49,904 nt of DNA, taken from positions 1 to 49,904 of the forward strand of contig JBBRSO010000006.1 of assembly GCA_038245405.1 (NCBI GenBank), read 5' to 3'. Under the pieces are notes generated by a model. It was given only the letters and a program-made list of their open reading frames with translations, did no database searches and had not been told where the DNA came from. Source of the DNA: Bacteroidales bacterium. Its GTDB lineage: Bacteria; Bacteroidota; Bacteroidia; Bacteroidales; VadinHA17. The number at the start of each line of letters is the position of its first letter. The first letter of the stretch is position 1. Position numbers and translations under genes: made by a program. This document shows, piece after piece, positions 38,711 to 47,733 of this stretch.

Positions 38711-39271
38711 TTGTCAGAGATAATAAAAATAATAAAAGGTTGTCTCGAAGGCGACAGAAGGGACCAGGAACTTCTGTACAGACGGCACGCTGCAAAATTA
38801 TATGCAGTATGTCTGCAGTATTCTGGCAACGATGAAGAGGCAAGGGACATTTTACAGGAAGGATTTATTAAGATATTTGAGAATCTCGATCGTTATAAGA
38901 ATGAAGGCTCTTTTGAAGGTTGGATGAGAAAGATAACCGTCAACACGGCGCTTGAGAGATTCCGGAGCAGACATAACTTGTACCGTGTTGATGATATTGA
39001 TACAATTCACGAACCGAATGCAGAGCCTGATAATGAGGATTATGCAGGTCTTGAGGCTAATGATCTGCTTGATATTATCAGGGAGCTGCCTACAAAATAC
39101 AGAATGGTGTTTAACCTATACGCAATAGAAGGATATTCCCATAAGGAAATAAGCAAAATGGTGAATATTTCAGAAGGGACTTCAAAGTCAAATCTGTCGC
39201 GTGCAAGGGTAATACTTCAGAGAAGAGTCGGATCTTATACTGGGTTAAAGAAGAAGACAGCTAATGAGTGA
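38711..39271 (+). CDS. ECF sigma-70 factor
   Basis: EARDILQEGFIKIF, GSFEGWMRKITVN, VFNLYAIEGYSHKEI, GTSKSNLSRAR. TTG start. Confidence 0.93.
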   Translation: MSEIIKIIKGCLEGDRRDQELLYRRHAAKLYAVCLQYSGNDEEARDILQEGFIKIFENLDRYKNEGSFEGWMRKITVNTALERFRSRHNLYRVDDIDTIHEPNAEPDNEDYAGLEANDLLDIIRELPTKYRMVFNLYAIEGYSHKEISKMVNISEGTSKSNLSRARVILQRRVGSYTGLKKKTANE

Positions 39272-40568
39272 AAAGGGGGCAAATATTGATCTGTTGTTCA
39301 GAAACGGTCTGAAAGATTTCGAGGTTCTTCCTCCTTCCAATGTATGGGAAGGAATAAGCTCATCGGGAAGGGTAAAAACACGGTCACTGATTTTCATAAG
39401 AATAGCTGCTGTAATCACCGTACTTGTTACCATTGGGCTGTTAACATACACATATACCAGAGAAATTACTGAAGACTCAGCCAGGTCCGCTACTGCTTTC
39501 AATATGATTGCGCCTGTGCCTATAATTGATCAGGAAGATCATAATTACGTTGCAGATCCCACTCGTCCAGCCGACATGCGGCCCGTAATTAATATTACAG
39601 AATATCTGGAACCGGTTAGCGAGACGGTTGAATCCGATTCTTCTCCGGGGCAAACTTTTCATTTCATGAATAATAAGAATCTGTCAATTTCGAATAAGGA
39701 AATTAAGAGAGATTTATTATTATCGTCTAAATCTGAAAACAGGCCAGTCGACTTTTATTACCCTGATTTGCAATATCTGCCTCAGGAGAGCCAGGATAAA
39801 TCAGACCCCCGATGGTCAATAGCGGCAATGGCATCACCAACATATTATTCAAGATTCAGTTCAGCCAACGACGAACTCTCCGGACAACTGATGTCAGCAG
39901 AACAACCTCTTGTTTCGTATTCCGGAGGGGTAGCCTTCGCGTATAAACTCAGCAGGAGATTCAGTGTGCAGTCGGGTCTATATTATTCTGCACTTGGACA
40001 AAAAGTGGAAGGAATAAATTCATTTGACGGTTTCAGTCAATTTGACAATACAAAGGGCAATAATAACTTTGAAGTTTTGACTTCCTCGGGCGTTGTATCG
40101 TCAGATAATCCCAATGTATTTCTAAATGCAGATGCTTCAAACAGAGTTATTACAATTTTCACTAAAGATGTTTTTGACCCAAAGAAAGCCAGTCTTCAGC
40201 CGATCAATAACTCTCTTACACAGAGTTTTAGTTACCTTGAGTTGCCTGTGATCCTGAGATATAAAGTTATTGATAAAACTATTGGCATAAATCTTATCGG
40301 CGGAATGGCGTATAATCTACTGGTTCATAATTCAGTCTATACTACAGTTAATGGAAGCAAATATCCTATTGGTGATACAAAAGGCTTAAATGCACTTTCT
40401 CTCAGCAGCTCACTAGGTATGGGCATGGAGTATAATTTCTCAAGTAAATTATCGCTTAACCTCGAACCAATGTTCAGGTATTATCTTAATCCTTTCAGCG
40501 TATCATCAAGTTCAATTATACACCCCTATTCATTCGGAATATTCTCAGGGGTTTCTTATAAGTTCTGA
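39264..40568 (+). CDS. Putative anti-sigma factor with inner-membrane helix and C-terminal outer-membrane beta-barrel
   Basis: Overlaps the ECF stop; IDLLFRNGLKDFEVLPPSNVWEGI N-domain, one TM helix, polar linker, barrel strands (YLELPVILRY) ending GVSYKF. Confidence 0.72.
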   Translation: MSEKGANIDLLFRNGLKDFEVLPPSNVWEGISSSGRVKTRSLIFIRIAAVITVLVTIGLLTYTYTREITEDSARSATAFNMIAPVPIIDQEDHNYVADPTRPADMRPVINITEYLEPVSETVESDSSPGQTFHFMNNKNLSISNKEIKRDLLLSSKSENRPVDFYYPDLQYLPQESQDKSDPRWSIAAMASPTYYSRFSSANDELSGQLMSAEQPLVSYSGGVAFAYKLSRRFSVQSGLYYSALGQKVEGINSFDGFSQFDNTKGNNNFEVLTSSGVVSSDNPNVFLNADASNRVITIFTKDVFDPKKASLQPINNSLTQSFSYLELPVILRYKVIDKTIGINLIGGMAYNLLVHNSVYTTVNGSKYPIGDTKGLNALSLSSSLGMGMEYNFSSKLSLNLEPMFRYYLNPFSVSSSSIIHPYSFGIFSGVSYKF

Positions 40569-40683
40569 TTTCATTTTTAAATCCTGACCGGGATTTTCAA
40601 TTATTAATTTCCTCTGGCATGAATTATTTTTCAGGTGCAAAAAATGTTACCTTTGCACATTATTTCTAACTGCTTCATTAAAT

Positions 40684-41637
40684 ATGACTAATATAAACAG
40701 GAAAACTATACTTACTGCTTTTGTACTTGCCGGAACTATAATCATCATATTATCAATTGCTGAGAGCTTTAAAGGAACGGATGTCCCACACAATGAGCAA
40801 CGCCAGGTACCTGATACTATCTATAATATAAAATCATTTAATCTGCCGGCTGAGGTGATTTTTGCAGGAGAGAAAATGCCACTTGATAATTTTGATACAA
40901 GAGAGAGTCTTGAGAGAGAAATTCTCACAAGCGCATACAGACATTCATCCACGATTCTCATAATTATGAGAGCTCACCGGTATCTTCCTCTTATCGAAAA
41001 TATCCTCAAAAAAAATAATATACCAGATGATTTTAAATACCTGGTAGCTGCAGAAAGTGAATACAGCAATATGGTTTCTCCTGCAGGTGCTACAGGTTTC
41101 TGGCAGATTATGCCTGAAACTGGAAGGGAACAGGGTATGGAAATAAATACTGTTGTTGATGAGCGATATGATGTCGAGAAATCGACACAATTTGCTTGCG
41201 ACTATTTCCTCAGATCATTTGAAAAATATGGTAACTGGACACTGGCGGCAGCATCTTATAACGGGGGCAGAGGAGGATTAAGCGAACAGATCGGAATTCA
41301 GCATCAGACTAACTATTACGATCTTCTTCTTACTGAGGAGACAGCTCGATATATTTTCAGAGCCGTAGCTTATAAGCTCGTTATTACAAATCCTCAGAAG
41401 TACGGTTTTAATCTTACTGAAAAAGATTTGTTCCCCGAACTAAAATACTATGAAGTAAAGGTTGATACGGCTATAACAGATTTTTCATCCTTTGCCCTTA
41501 AGTTTGGTACTAATTACAAGATGCTGAAATTTCTTAATCCCTGGCTCAGAAAACCGTTCCTGACGCCAAAACCAAATAAAAATTATCTGATAAAGATACC
41601 TACCGAGGGGATGCGCAATATTATTAAACCTGAATAG
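40684..41637 (+). CDS. Lytic transglycosylase (SLT/MltD-like)
   Basis: IPDDFKYLVAAES, SPAGATGFWQIM, VDERYD, AAASYNGG, ETARY. -7 element TACCTTTG at 40648-40655. Confidence 0.9.
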   Translation: MTNINRKTILTAFVLAGTIIIILSIAESFKGTDVPHNEQRQVPDTIYNIKSFNLPAEVIFAGEKMPLDNFDTRESLEREILTSAYRHSSTILIIMRAHRYLPLIENILKKNNIPDDFKYLVAAESEYSNMVSPAGATGFWQIMPETGREQGMEINTVVDERYDVEKSTQFACDYFLRSFEKYGNWTLAAASYNGGRGGLSEQIGIQHQTNYYDLLLTEETARYIFRAVAYKLVITNPQKYGFNLTEKDLFPELKYYEVKVDTAITDFSSFALKFGTNYKMLKFLNPWLRKPFLTPKPNKNYLIKIPTEGMRNIIKPE

Positions 41638-41668
41638 ATGAACTGAAGTCTGATGAGGAGAAATAATA

Positions 41669-44488
41669 ATGAATGAGGAGATAAATGTCCTTGGTGCAAG
41701 GGTTCATAATTTAAAAAATATTGATGTTACTATCCCGCGAAATAAGCTTGTTGTTATAACCGGTTTAAGCGGAAGCGGGAAGTCTTCTCTCGCTTTCGAC
41801 ACAATCTATGCTGAAGGGCAACGACGTTATATGGAGACACTCTCGGCTTATGCCCGTCAGTTCCTTGGAGGCATGGAGCGACCCGATGTTGATAAGATTA
41901 CGGGATTAAGTCCTGTCATTTCTATAGAACAAAAGACCACAAACAAGAATCCCCGCTCCACGGTAGGAACCATTACGGAGATCTATGATTTCCTGAGGCT
42001 ATTGTATGCCAGAGCCTCCGACGCATATTCTTACGCCTCAGGCGAGAAAATGGTAAAATACTCTGATACGCAGATCCTGGATCTTGTAAAAACCCGTTTT
42101 TCAGGCAAAAAAGTGTATTTTTTAGCTCCAATAGTAAAAGGCAGAAAGGGTCATTATAAAGAATTGTTTGAACAGCTGAGGCGGAAGGGTTTTCTTAATG
42201 TTCGTATTAATAACGAAATTAAGGAACTGGCTCCGGGCATGAAACTCGACAGGTATAAAACACACTTTATTGAGCTGGTTGTAGATAAATTCAAAGTTGG
42301 TGATACATCAGATAAGAGGCTGAATGATTCTATTCTTATGTCGCTGGATCAGGGCGACGGTGTTATGATGGTTCTCGATAGTGAGGCCAATGAACCACGG
42401 TACTTCAGTCGTCATCTCATGTGCCCTGTAACTGGCTTATCATATAATGAACCAGCTCCTCATACCTTTTCGTTTAACTCTCCGCAGGGAGCTTGTCCAA
42501 ATTGCAATGGGCTGGGCGAAGTTTCCAGCATTGATGAAGCAAAGCTTATACCCGATCCTGAGCTCAGCATCAGAAAAGGAGGGATAGAGCCACTGGGGAA
42601 ATACAGAAACACCTGGATATTCTGGCAGATTGAAGCGATAGCCGAAAAGAACGGGTTTACCCTTGATACACCTGTTAAGGAAATTCCAGTAGATGCTCTT
42701 AAAAAGGTACTATACGGATCAGAGGAAGTGCTCAAACTGTCAAACACACCTTTGGGGATGACTTCTAATTATTTCCTGACATTCGAAGGAGTGGTGAATT
42801 TTGTAGGGAATATTGAAACCATTAACGGTAAAAAAAGCAGCACCAAGATAAAAGAGCAGTACGTTCAGTATAATGTGTGCCCTGAATGCCAGGGAACACG
42901 CCTCAAGAAAGAATCACTTTATTTCAGGATAGCTGATAAGAATATAGGTGAGCTCTCGGCGATGGATATAAAGGAGCTTTCGCAATTTCTGTCGACAATA
43001 GAGGAAAAGCTCAGCGGTAAACAGAAACAGATAGCAACCGAAATATTAAAAGAGATCAGAACAAGGTTAGGATTCCTTCTTGAAGTAGGACTTGAATATC
43101 TTTCGATGAACAGGGGAGCAAGGACATTATCAGGTGGTGAAAGTCAGAGGATCAGATTAGCCACTCAGATTGGTTCCAGACTGGTAAATGTCCTGTATAT
43201 CCTTGATGAACCCAGTATAGGGCTTCATCAGCGGGATAACAGACGATTAATAGCAGCACTAAAACAGTTGAGGGATGCAGGGAATTCGGTTATTGTGGTT
43301 GAACACGACAGAGAGATGATAATGTCGGCAGATCACGTAATAGATATGGGCCCCGGTGCCGGCCGTCACGGCGGTATGATAGTTGCTCACGGCAATCCTG
43401 AAGAACTAATGAAAATGGATACCCTCACCTCATCTTATCTCAATAATAAAAAGAAATTTCATATACCTGAGAAACGCAGGAAAGGAAACGGTAAGTTTCT
43501 AACTCTGTCTGGCGCCTCAGGACATAACCTGAATAATGTGGAGGTAGTGCTGCCACTTGGAACACTTATTTGCGTTACAGGAGTATCAGGCAGCGGTAAG
43601 TCATCACTCATTAATCAGACACTTCATCCGGCTCTGGCAAAGAAATTTCATAATGCCGGTAAACCTCCTCTGCCTTATAAAGAAATAAAAGGACTGGAGA
43701 ATCTCGATAAAGTAATTGAAGTAAACCAAAGCCCTATTGGTAAGACCCCGCGATCAAACCCCGCAACTTATACTGGGGTATTTACGGATATTAGAAAGCT
43801 ATTTGAACAGACCACAGAAGCAAAGATCAGAGGGTTCGGAGCAGGCAGATTCTCATTTAACGTAAAAGGAGGCCGTTGTGAAGGATGCGAAGGTGCCGGG
43901 GTGAAGACCATCGAAATGAATTTTCTGCCCGATGTTTATGTCCATTGTACCGAATGCAATGGCAAGCGTTATAACAGGGAGACTCTTGAGGTTAAGTATA
44001 AAGGACAGTCAATCAGTGATGTTTTGGAGATGACGATAAACATGGCTGTTGAATTCTTTGCAAATGTTCCATCAATTTACCATAAAATTAAAACGTTACA
44101 GGATGTTGGTCTTGGATATATAAAGCTTGGTCAGCAATCTACAACATTATCAGGAGGTGAGGCTCAAAGGGTTAAGCTTGCAACAGAACTTGCCAGACGC
44201 GACACAGGGAAGACTCTTTACATACTTGACGAACCAACCACCGGGTTGCATTTTGAAGACGTAAGGGTATTGCTGGATGTACTAAACAAACTTATTGACA
44301 GGGGCAACACCATTATTGTTATTGAGCATAACCTTGATGTTGTGAAGATGGCTGATTACATAGTTGACCTTGGCAGGGAAGGGGGAAAATCAGGAGGTAA
44401 TATCCTCTTTGAGGGATCCCCCGAAAAACTGGTGAAGTGTGCCGAAAGTTACACAGGGAAATACCTCAAAGAAGAACTTAACGGATGA
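41669..44488 (+). CDS. uvrA: Excinuclease ABC subunit A
   Basis: [23 protein letters not shown], two ABC cassettes ([16 protein letters not shown]), zinc fingers. Confidence 0.98.
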   Translation: MNEEINVLGARVHNLKNIDVTIPRNKLVVITGLSGSGKSSLAFDTIYAEGQRRYMETLSAYARQFLGGMERPDVDKITGLSPVISIEQKTTNKNPRSTVGTITEIYDFLRLLYARASDAYSYASGEKMVKYSDTQILDLVKTRFSGKKVYFLAPIVKGRKGHYKELFEQLRRKGFLNVRINNEIKELAPGMKLDRYKTHFIELVVDKFKVGDTSDKRLNDSILMSLDQGDGVMMVLDSEANEPRYFSRHLMCPVTGLSYNEPAPHTFSFNSPQGACPNCNGLGEVSSIDEAKLIPDPELSIRKGGIEPLGKYRNTWIFWQIEAIAEKNGFTLDTPVKEIPVDALKKVLYGSEEVLKLSNTPLGMTSNYFLTFEGVVNFVGNIETINGKKSSTKIKEQYVQYNVCPECQGTRLKKESLYFRIADKNIGELSAMDIKELSQFLSTIEEKLSGKQKQIATEILKEIRTRLGFLLEVGLEYLSMNRGARTLSGGESQRIRLATQIGSRLVNVLYILDEPSIGLHQRDNRRLIAALKQLRDAGNSVIVVEHDREMIMSADHVIDMGPGAGRHGGMIVAHGNPEELMKMDTLTSSYLNNKKKFHIPEKRRKGNGKFLTLSGASGHNLNNVEVVLPLGTLICVTGVSGSGKSSLINQTLHPALAKKFHNAGKPPLPYKEIKGLENLDKVIEVNQSPIGKTPRSNPATYTGVFTDIRKLFEQTTEAKIRGFGAGRFSFNVKGGRCEGCEGAGVKTIEMNFLPDVYVHCTECNGKRYNRETLEVKYKGQSISDVLEMTINMAVEFFANVPSIYHKIKTLQDVGLGYIKLGQQSTTLSGGEAQRVKLATELARRDTGKTLYILDEPTTGLHFEDVRVLLDVLNKLIDRGNTIIVIEHNLDVVKMADYIVDLGREGGKSGGNILFEGSPEKLVKCAESYTGKYLKEELNG

Positions 44489-44528
44489 GAAATTAATTAT
44501 ATTTGAATTGAATTATACATATTCCAAA

Positions 44529-45239
44529 ATGGAGAAACCGGCTGACCTGATAAAAGACGCTTTTGAACAGAAGACATGGCATGAAATTCACACCACAGAT
44601 TCGTGGCGTGTTTTTAAAATTATTTCAGAATTGGTAGAAGGATTTGAAAAACTTGCAAGGATCGGACCATGCGTATCAGTTTTTGGTTCCGCCCGTACTT
44701 CACAGAGTAATAAGTATTATATACTTGCCGAAGATATTGCTTTCAAACTGACTCAGAATGGATATGGCGTTATAACAGGTGGCGGTCCGGGCATCATGGA
44801 AGCTGCTAATAAAGGCGCTGCCAGAGGAAAAGGTAAATCTGCAGGGATAAATATCGATCTGCCGTTCGAACAACACGCAAACCAATATATAGACTCAGAT
44901 AAACTCATAACATTTGATCATTTTTTCGTAAGAAAAGTAATGTTTATGAAGTATGCTCAGGGATTCATTGTTCTCCCAGGTGGTTTTGGCACTTTTGATG
45001 AACTGTTTGAAGCTATCACTCTTATACAGACACGGAAAATCGGAAAGTTTCCAATAATATTGGTAGGAACAAGATTCTGGAGCGGATTGCTTGATTGGAT
45101 AAAAGATGAAATGCTTGCTGAAGAGAATACTATCAGAGCCGATGATCTTAGCCTTATAACACTGGTTGATACTGCAGATGAGGCAGTCGATGCTATTGTA
45201 AAGTTCTATTCAAGATATCTTCTCAGCCCGAACTTCTGA
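44529..45239 (+). CDS. LOG family protein (TIGR00730 nucleotide phosphoribohydrolase)
   Basis: VFGSAR, ITGGGPGIMEAANKGA, FFVRKVMF, PGGFGTFDE (PGGxGTxxE). ATG at 44529. Confidence 0.92.
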   Translation: MEKPADLIKDAFEQKTWHEIHTTDSWRVFKIISELVEGFEKLARIGPCVSVFGSARTSQSNKYYILAEDIAFKLTQNGYGVITGGGPGIMEAANKGAARGKGKSAGINIDLPFEQHANQYIDSDKLITFDHFFVRKVMFMKYAQGFIVLPGGFGTFDELFEAITLIQTRKIGKFPIILVGTRFWSGLLDWIKDEMLAEENTIRADDLSLITLVDTADEAVDAIVKFYSRYLLSPNF

Positions 45240-45242
45240 TTC

Positions 45243-45701
45243 TTATACTTTTCTCATTCTGTCCATCTCTCTTGAGGCATCCTTACGCTTAAGTGTCTCG
45301 CGTTTGTCATATTCTTTCTTACCTTTTGAGATAGCGATCTCCGCTTTTGCAAGGCCTCTCTCGTTGATAAAGACTTTGATAACGATTATTGTGAGACCGC
45401 TTTCTTTAATTTTTCTTTCAATCTTTCGTAGTTCATGTGATGTGAGCAGCAGTTTTCTTTCCCTGAGCGGATCATGGTTATTCAGGTTACCCCACCAGTA
45501 CTCTGCAATATGCATACCCTTGATAAACAGCTCCCCATTACTAAAAAAACAATAAGAATCGGAAAGAGTCGCTTTCCCAAGTCTTAAAGATTTTATTTCA
45601 GTTCCTGAAAGTTTTATTCCGGCAATGAATTTATCCAAAAACTCATAATCATGAAATGACTTTTTATTCTTTATTACAATATTTGCCGTTCCGCCTTTCA
45701 T
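45243..45701 (-). CDS. smpB: SsrA-binding protein
   Basis: NKKSFHDY, AGIKLSGTEIKSLR, NHDPLRERKLLL, GKKEYDKRE. -7 element at 45766-45773 (-). Confidence 0.97.
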   Translation of the reverse strand: MKGGTANIVIKNKKSFHDYEFLDKFIAGIKLSGTEIKSLRLGKATLSDSYCFFSNGELFIKGMHIAEYWWGNLNNHDPLRERKLLLTSHELRKIERKIKESGLTIIVIKVFINERGLAKAEIAISKGKKEYDKRETLKRKDASREMDRMRKV

Positions 45702-45807
45702 ATTAGGATAGGAATTTGAAATAGATTCTGTAAATGATCATTGTAAAATCAATTTTGAGTACGCGCAAAATTACAGAAATTTATGTTATATTGCTTTACC
45801 GATCGAA

Positions 45808-46782
45808 ATGAATGACAAAGCTAGAGTGAAAGAAGATTCAATCTACGATTTATTAGTAGTAACCGGCCCGACAGCATCCGGGAAGACAGCTCTTGCTGCT
45901 GCTATTGCTTATAAATTATGCGGAGAGATCATCAGCGCTGACTCACGGCAGGTTTATAAAGGCATGAATCTTGGTACAGGTAAGGATTACGACGATTATA
46001 CAGTGAATGGCGTTAATATCCCATACCATTTGATCGATATCTCAGAACCCGGATATAAATACAACGTCTTTGAATATCAGCGCGACTTTAACAATGTATA
46101 TACTGATCTGAAGAAAAGGATGGTGTTCCCGATAGTATGTGGCGGGTCGGGAATGTATGCCGACAGTATTATAACAGGTTATAAGATGTTCGAAGTGCCA
46201 CCCGATAGCGGGCTGAGGATTGAACTGGAGAAAAAATCAATGGAGGAACTGCAGGGCATTTTGTCAACTTTTAAAAACCTTCATAACAGCACCGATATTG
46301 ATTCAAGAAAAAGAGTAATAAGAGCAATAGAAATAGAACACTCACGCACTAAAAAGACGAAACAGGGAAATGGCTTTCCGAAAATCAGAGCTCTTCTTAT
46401 TGGTGTAATGTTTGACAGGGATTCCAGAAGAAAAAGAATATCGGAGCGACTCAGACAACGTCTCGATGCCGGGATGGTTGATGAGGTGAAACGGTTGCTC
46501 GACGAGGGAGTCAGTTCTGAAACATTGATGTATTATGGACTGGAATATAAATATATAACATTATTTCTGGCTGGGTTAATATCTTATGTTGAAATGGTGA
46601 AAGATCTGGAGATTGCCATTCATCAGTTTGCCAAACGGCAAATGACCTGGTTCAGGGGAATGGAACGAAAAGGTATTAAGATCAATTGGATTGACGGTGA
46701 TCTGCCTATTGAAGAAAAGGTTGAGAAAGTGATGGGTTTATTGCTGCCTGCCAACCCCCCAGCCCCCCATCTGGTGGGCTAA
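45808..46782 (+). CDS. miaA: tRNA dimethylallyltransferase
   Basis: GPTASGKT, ISADSRQVY, GTGK, CGGSGMY, RVIRAIEI, FAKRQMTWFR. The C-terminal ANPPAPHLVG appears repeat-derived. Confidence 0.92.
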   Translation: MNDKARVKEDSIYDLLVVTGPTASGKTALAAAIAYKLCGEIISADSRQVYKGMNLGTGKDYDDYTVNGVNIPYHLIDISEPGYKYNVFEYQRDFNNVYTDLKKRMVFPIVCGGSGMYADSIITGYKMFEVPPDSGLRIELEKKSMEELQGILSTFKNLHNSTDIDSRKRVIRAIEIEHSRTKKTKQGNGFPKIRALLIGVMFDRDSRRKRISERLRQRLDAGMVDEVKRLLDEGVSSETLMYYGLEYKYITLFLAGLISYVEMVKDLEIAIHQFAKRQMTWFRGMERKGIKINWIDGDLPIEEKVEKVMGLLLPANPPAPHLVG

Positions 46783-46830
46783 AAAGTCCAGGCAACTCAT
46801 AAAGTCCCCCTATATTTGAGGATTTAGGGC
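46754..46830. repeat. Degenerate inverted doublet of C-tract/hairpin repeats (copy C)
   Basis: ACCCCCCAGCCCCCCATCTGGTGGGCTAA (46754-46782) facing AAGTCCCCCTATATTTGAGGATTTAGGGC (46802-46830). Confidence 0.55.
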
Positions 46831-46949
46831 ATAGCCGTCAAGCTAATACCAGTTATATGTCTGATAATAAGAATGCTAAGTAAATAAAATTTCTCCTCCT
46901 TTCGAAGGACTTCGCTTTATCCTTATTTTTTCCTCTTAGCTTTTTTTAT

Positions 46950-47571
46950 ACTCACCCCCAACCCCCTCTCTACTTCGTAAAGAGGGGGCAAGTTACAGAT
47001 ATGCTGATTATTAAGCAATGTTCAAGAGGGAAATAATTCAGGCGGATATCTTCAGTAATTCTGTTTACTTAATTGACTTTAAGTATGTTTCTATTTTTGT
47101 CAAAACAGCAGGAATATCTAAAAGCTCTTCATTATTAATTCTTAATACATGAAGTCCCAGATTCAACATTTCCGATTCTCTGTATTGATCGTACTGTACA
47201 TTGGCTTGATGAATTGGTCCATCGAGCTCAAGAACTGTTTTTTTAAGATCACAATAAAAATCAGCTACAAAATATTTAGAGCCAGAACCATTAGGGTTAT
47301 AAACGATAGGGTGCTGACGAAGAAATTTATAACCTTCAAGTCTTCTGTTTCTTAGTTCTTCCCATAAAACAGTCTCAGAAGGAGTCATATTCTTTCTCAA
47401 TAGTCTGGCTCTTTTTTTGACAACTTTAAAATCAAGATGTTTTGATCTTAACATAAGAGGATGTTTAGATAAAGATACAAATTTCTTTAAAAAATATTAT
47501 TCTAGTTATATCTGAATTTGTATTACATGGTCACCCCTCTTTGCGCTAGCAGAGAGGGGATGGGGGTGAGT
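46950..47571. mobile_element. Putative 622-bp element: DUF559 endonuclease gene between ~40-bp inverted hairpin repeats
   Basis: Left arm ACTCACCCCCAACCCCCTCTCTACTTCGTAAAGAGGGGGC (46950-46989). Right arm (47532-47571) revcomp ACTCACCCCCATCCCCTCTCTGCTAGCGCAAAGAGGGGTG. The repeats are seen directly; mobility is inferred. Confidence 0.55.
47065..47454 (-). CDS. DUF559 / Vsr-like endonuclease domain protein
   Basis: ARLLRKNMTPSETVLWEELR, GYKFLRQHPI, ADFYC, LELDGPIH, D..R...L..GLHVLRINN; the putative catalytic D/E/H residues are intact. Confidence 0.9.
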   Translation of the reverse strand: MLRSKHLDFKVVKKRARLLRKNMTPSETVLWEELRNRRLEGYKFLRQHPIVYNPNGSGSKYFVADFYCDLKKTVLELDGPIHQANVQYDQYRESEMLNLGLHVLRINNEELLDIPAVLTKIETYLKSIK

Positions 47572-47642
47572 TTGTAAGGCTAAAGAAAATTCCCGCTCAA
47601 TAAGATGTGTATAAAGGGTAGTTCAAAAAAAGGAGGGGAAAG

Positions 47643-47680
47643 TTATCCTTAGAGATTCTGGTAAAAATCTCTAAGGATAA
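47643..47680 (-). terminator. 15-bp perfect hairpin downstream of the S9 peptidase gene
   Basis: TTATCCTTAGAGATT-CTGGTAAA-AATCTCTAAGGATAA; a pyrimidine/T-rich tail follows on the - strand. Confidence 0.6.
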
Positions 47681-47733
47681 TGTTATTAGGGAGTTCCCAG
47701 GCAAACAAACCCAGGTCAGATCCCTTACTATAT

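Noticed and set aside
46950-47571. Classical IS or homing-endonuclease call for the DUF559 cassette
   Set aside because: No DDE, HUH, serine or tyrosine recombinase motif, no target duplication, and it is not inside an intron or intein.
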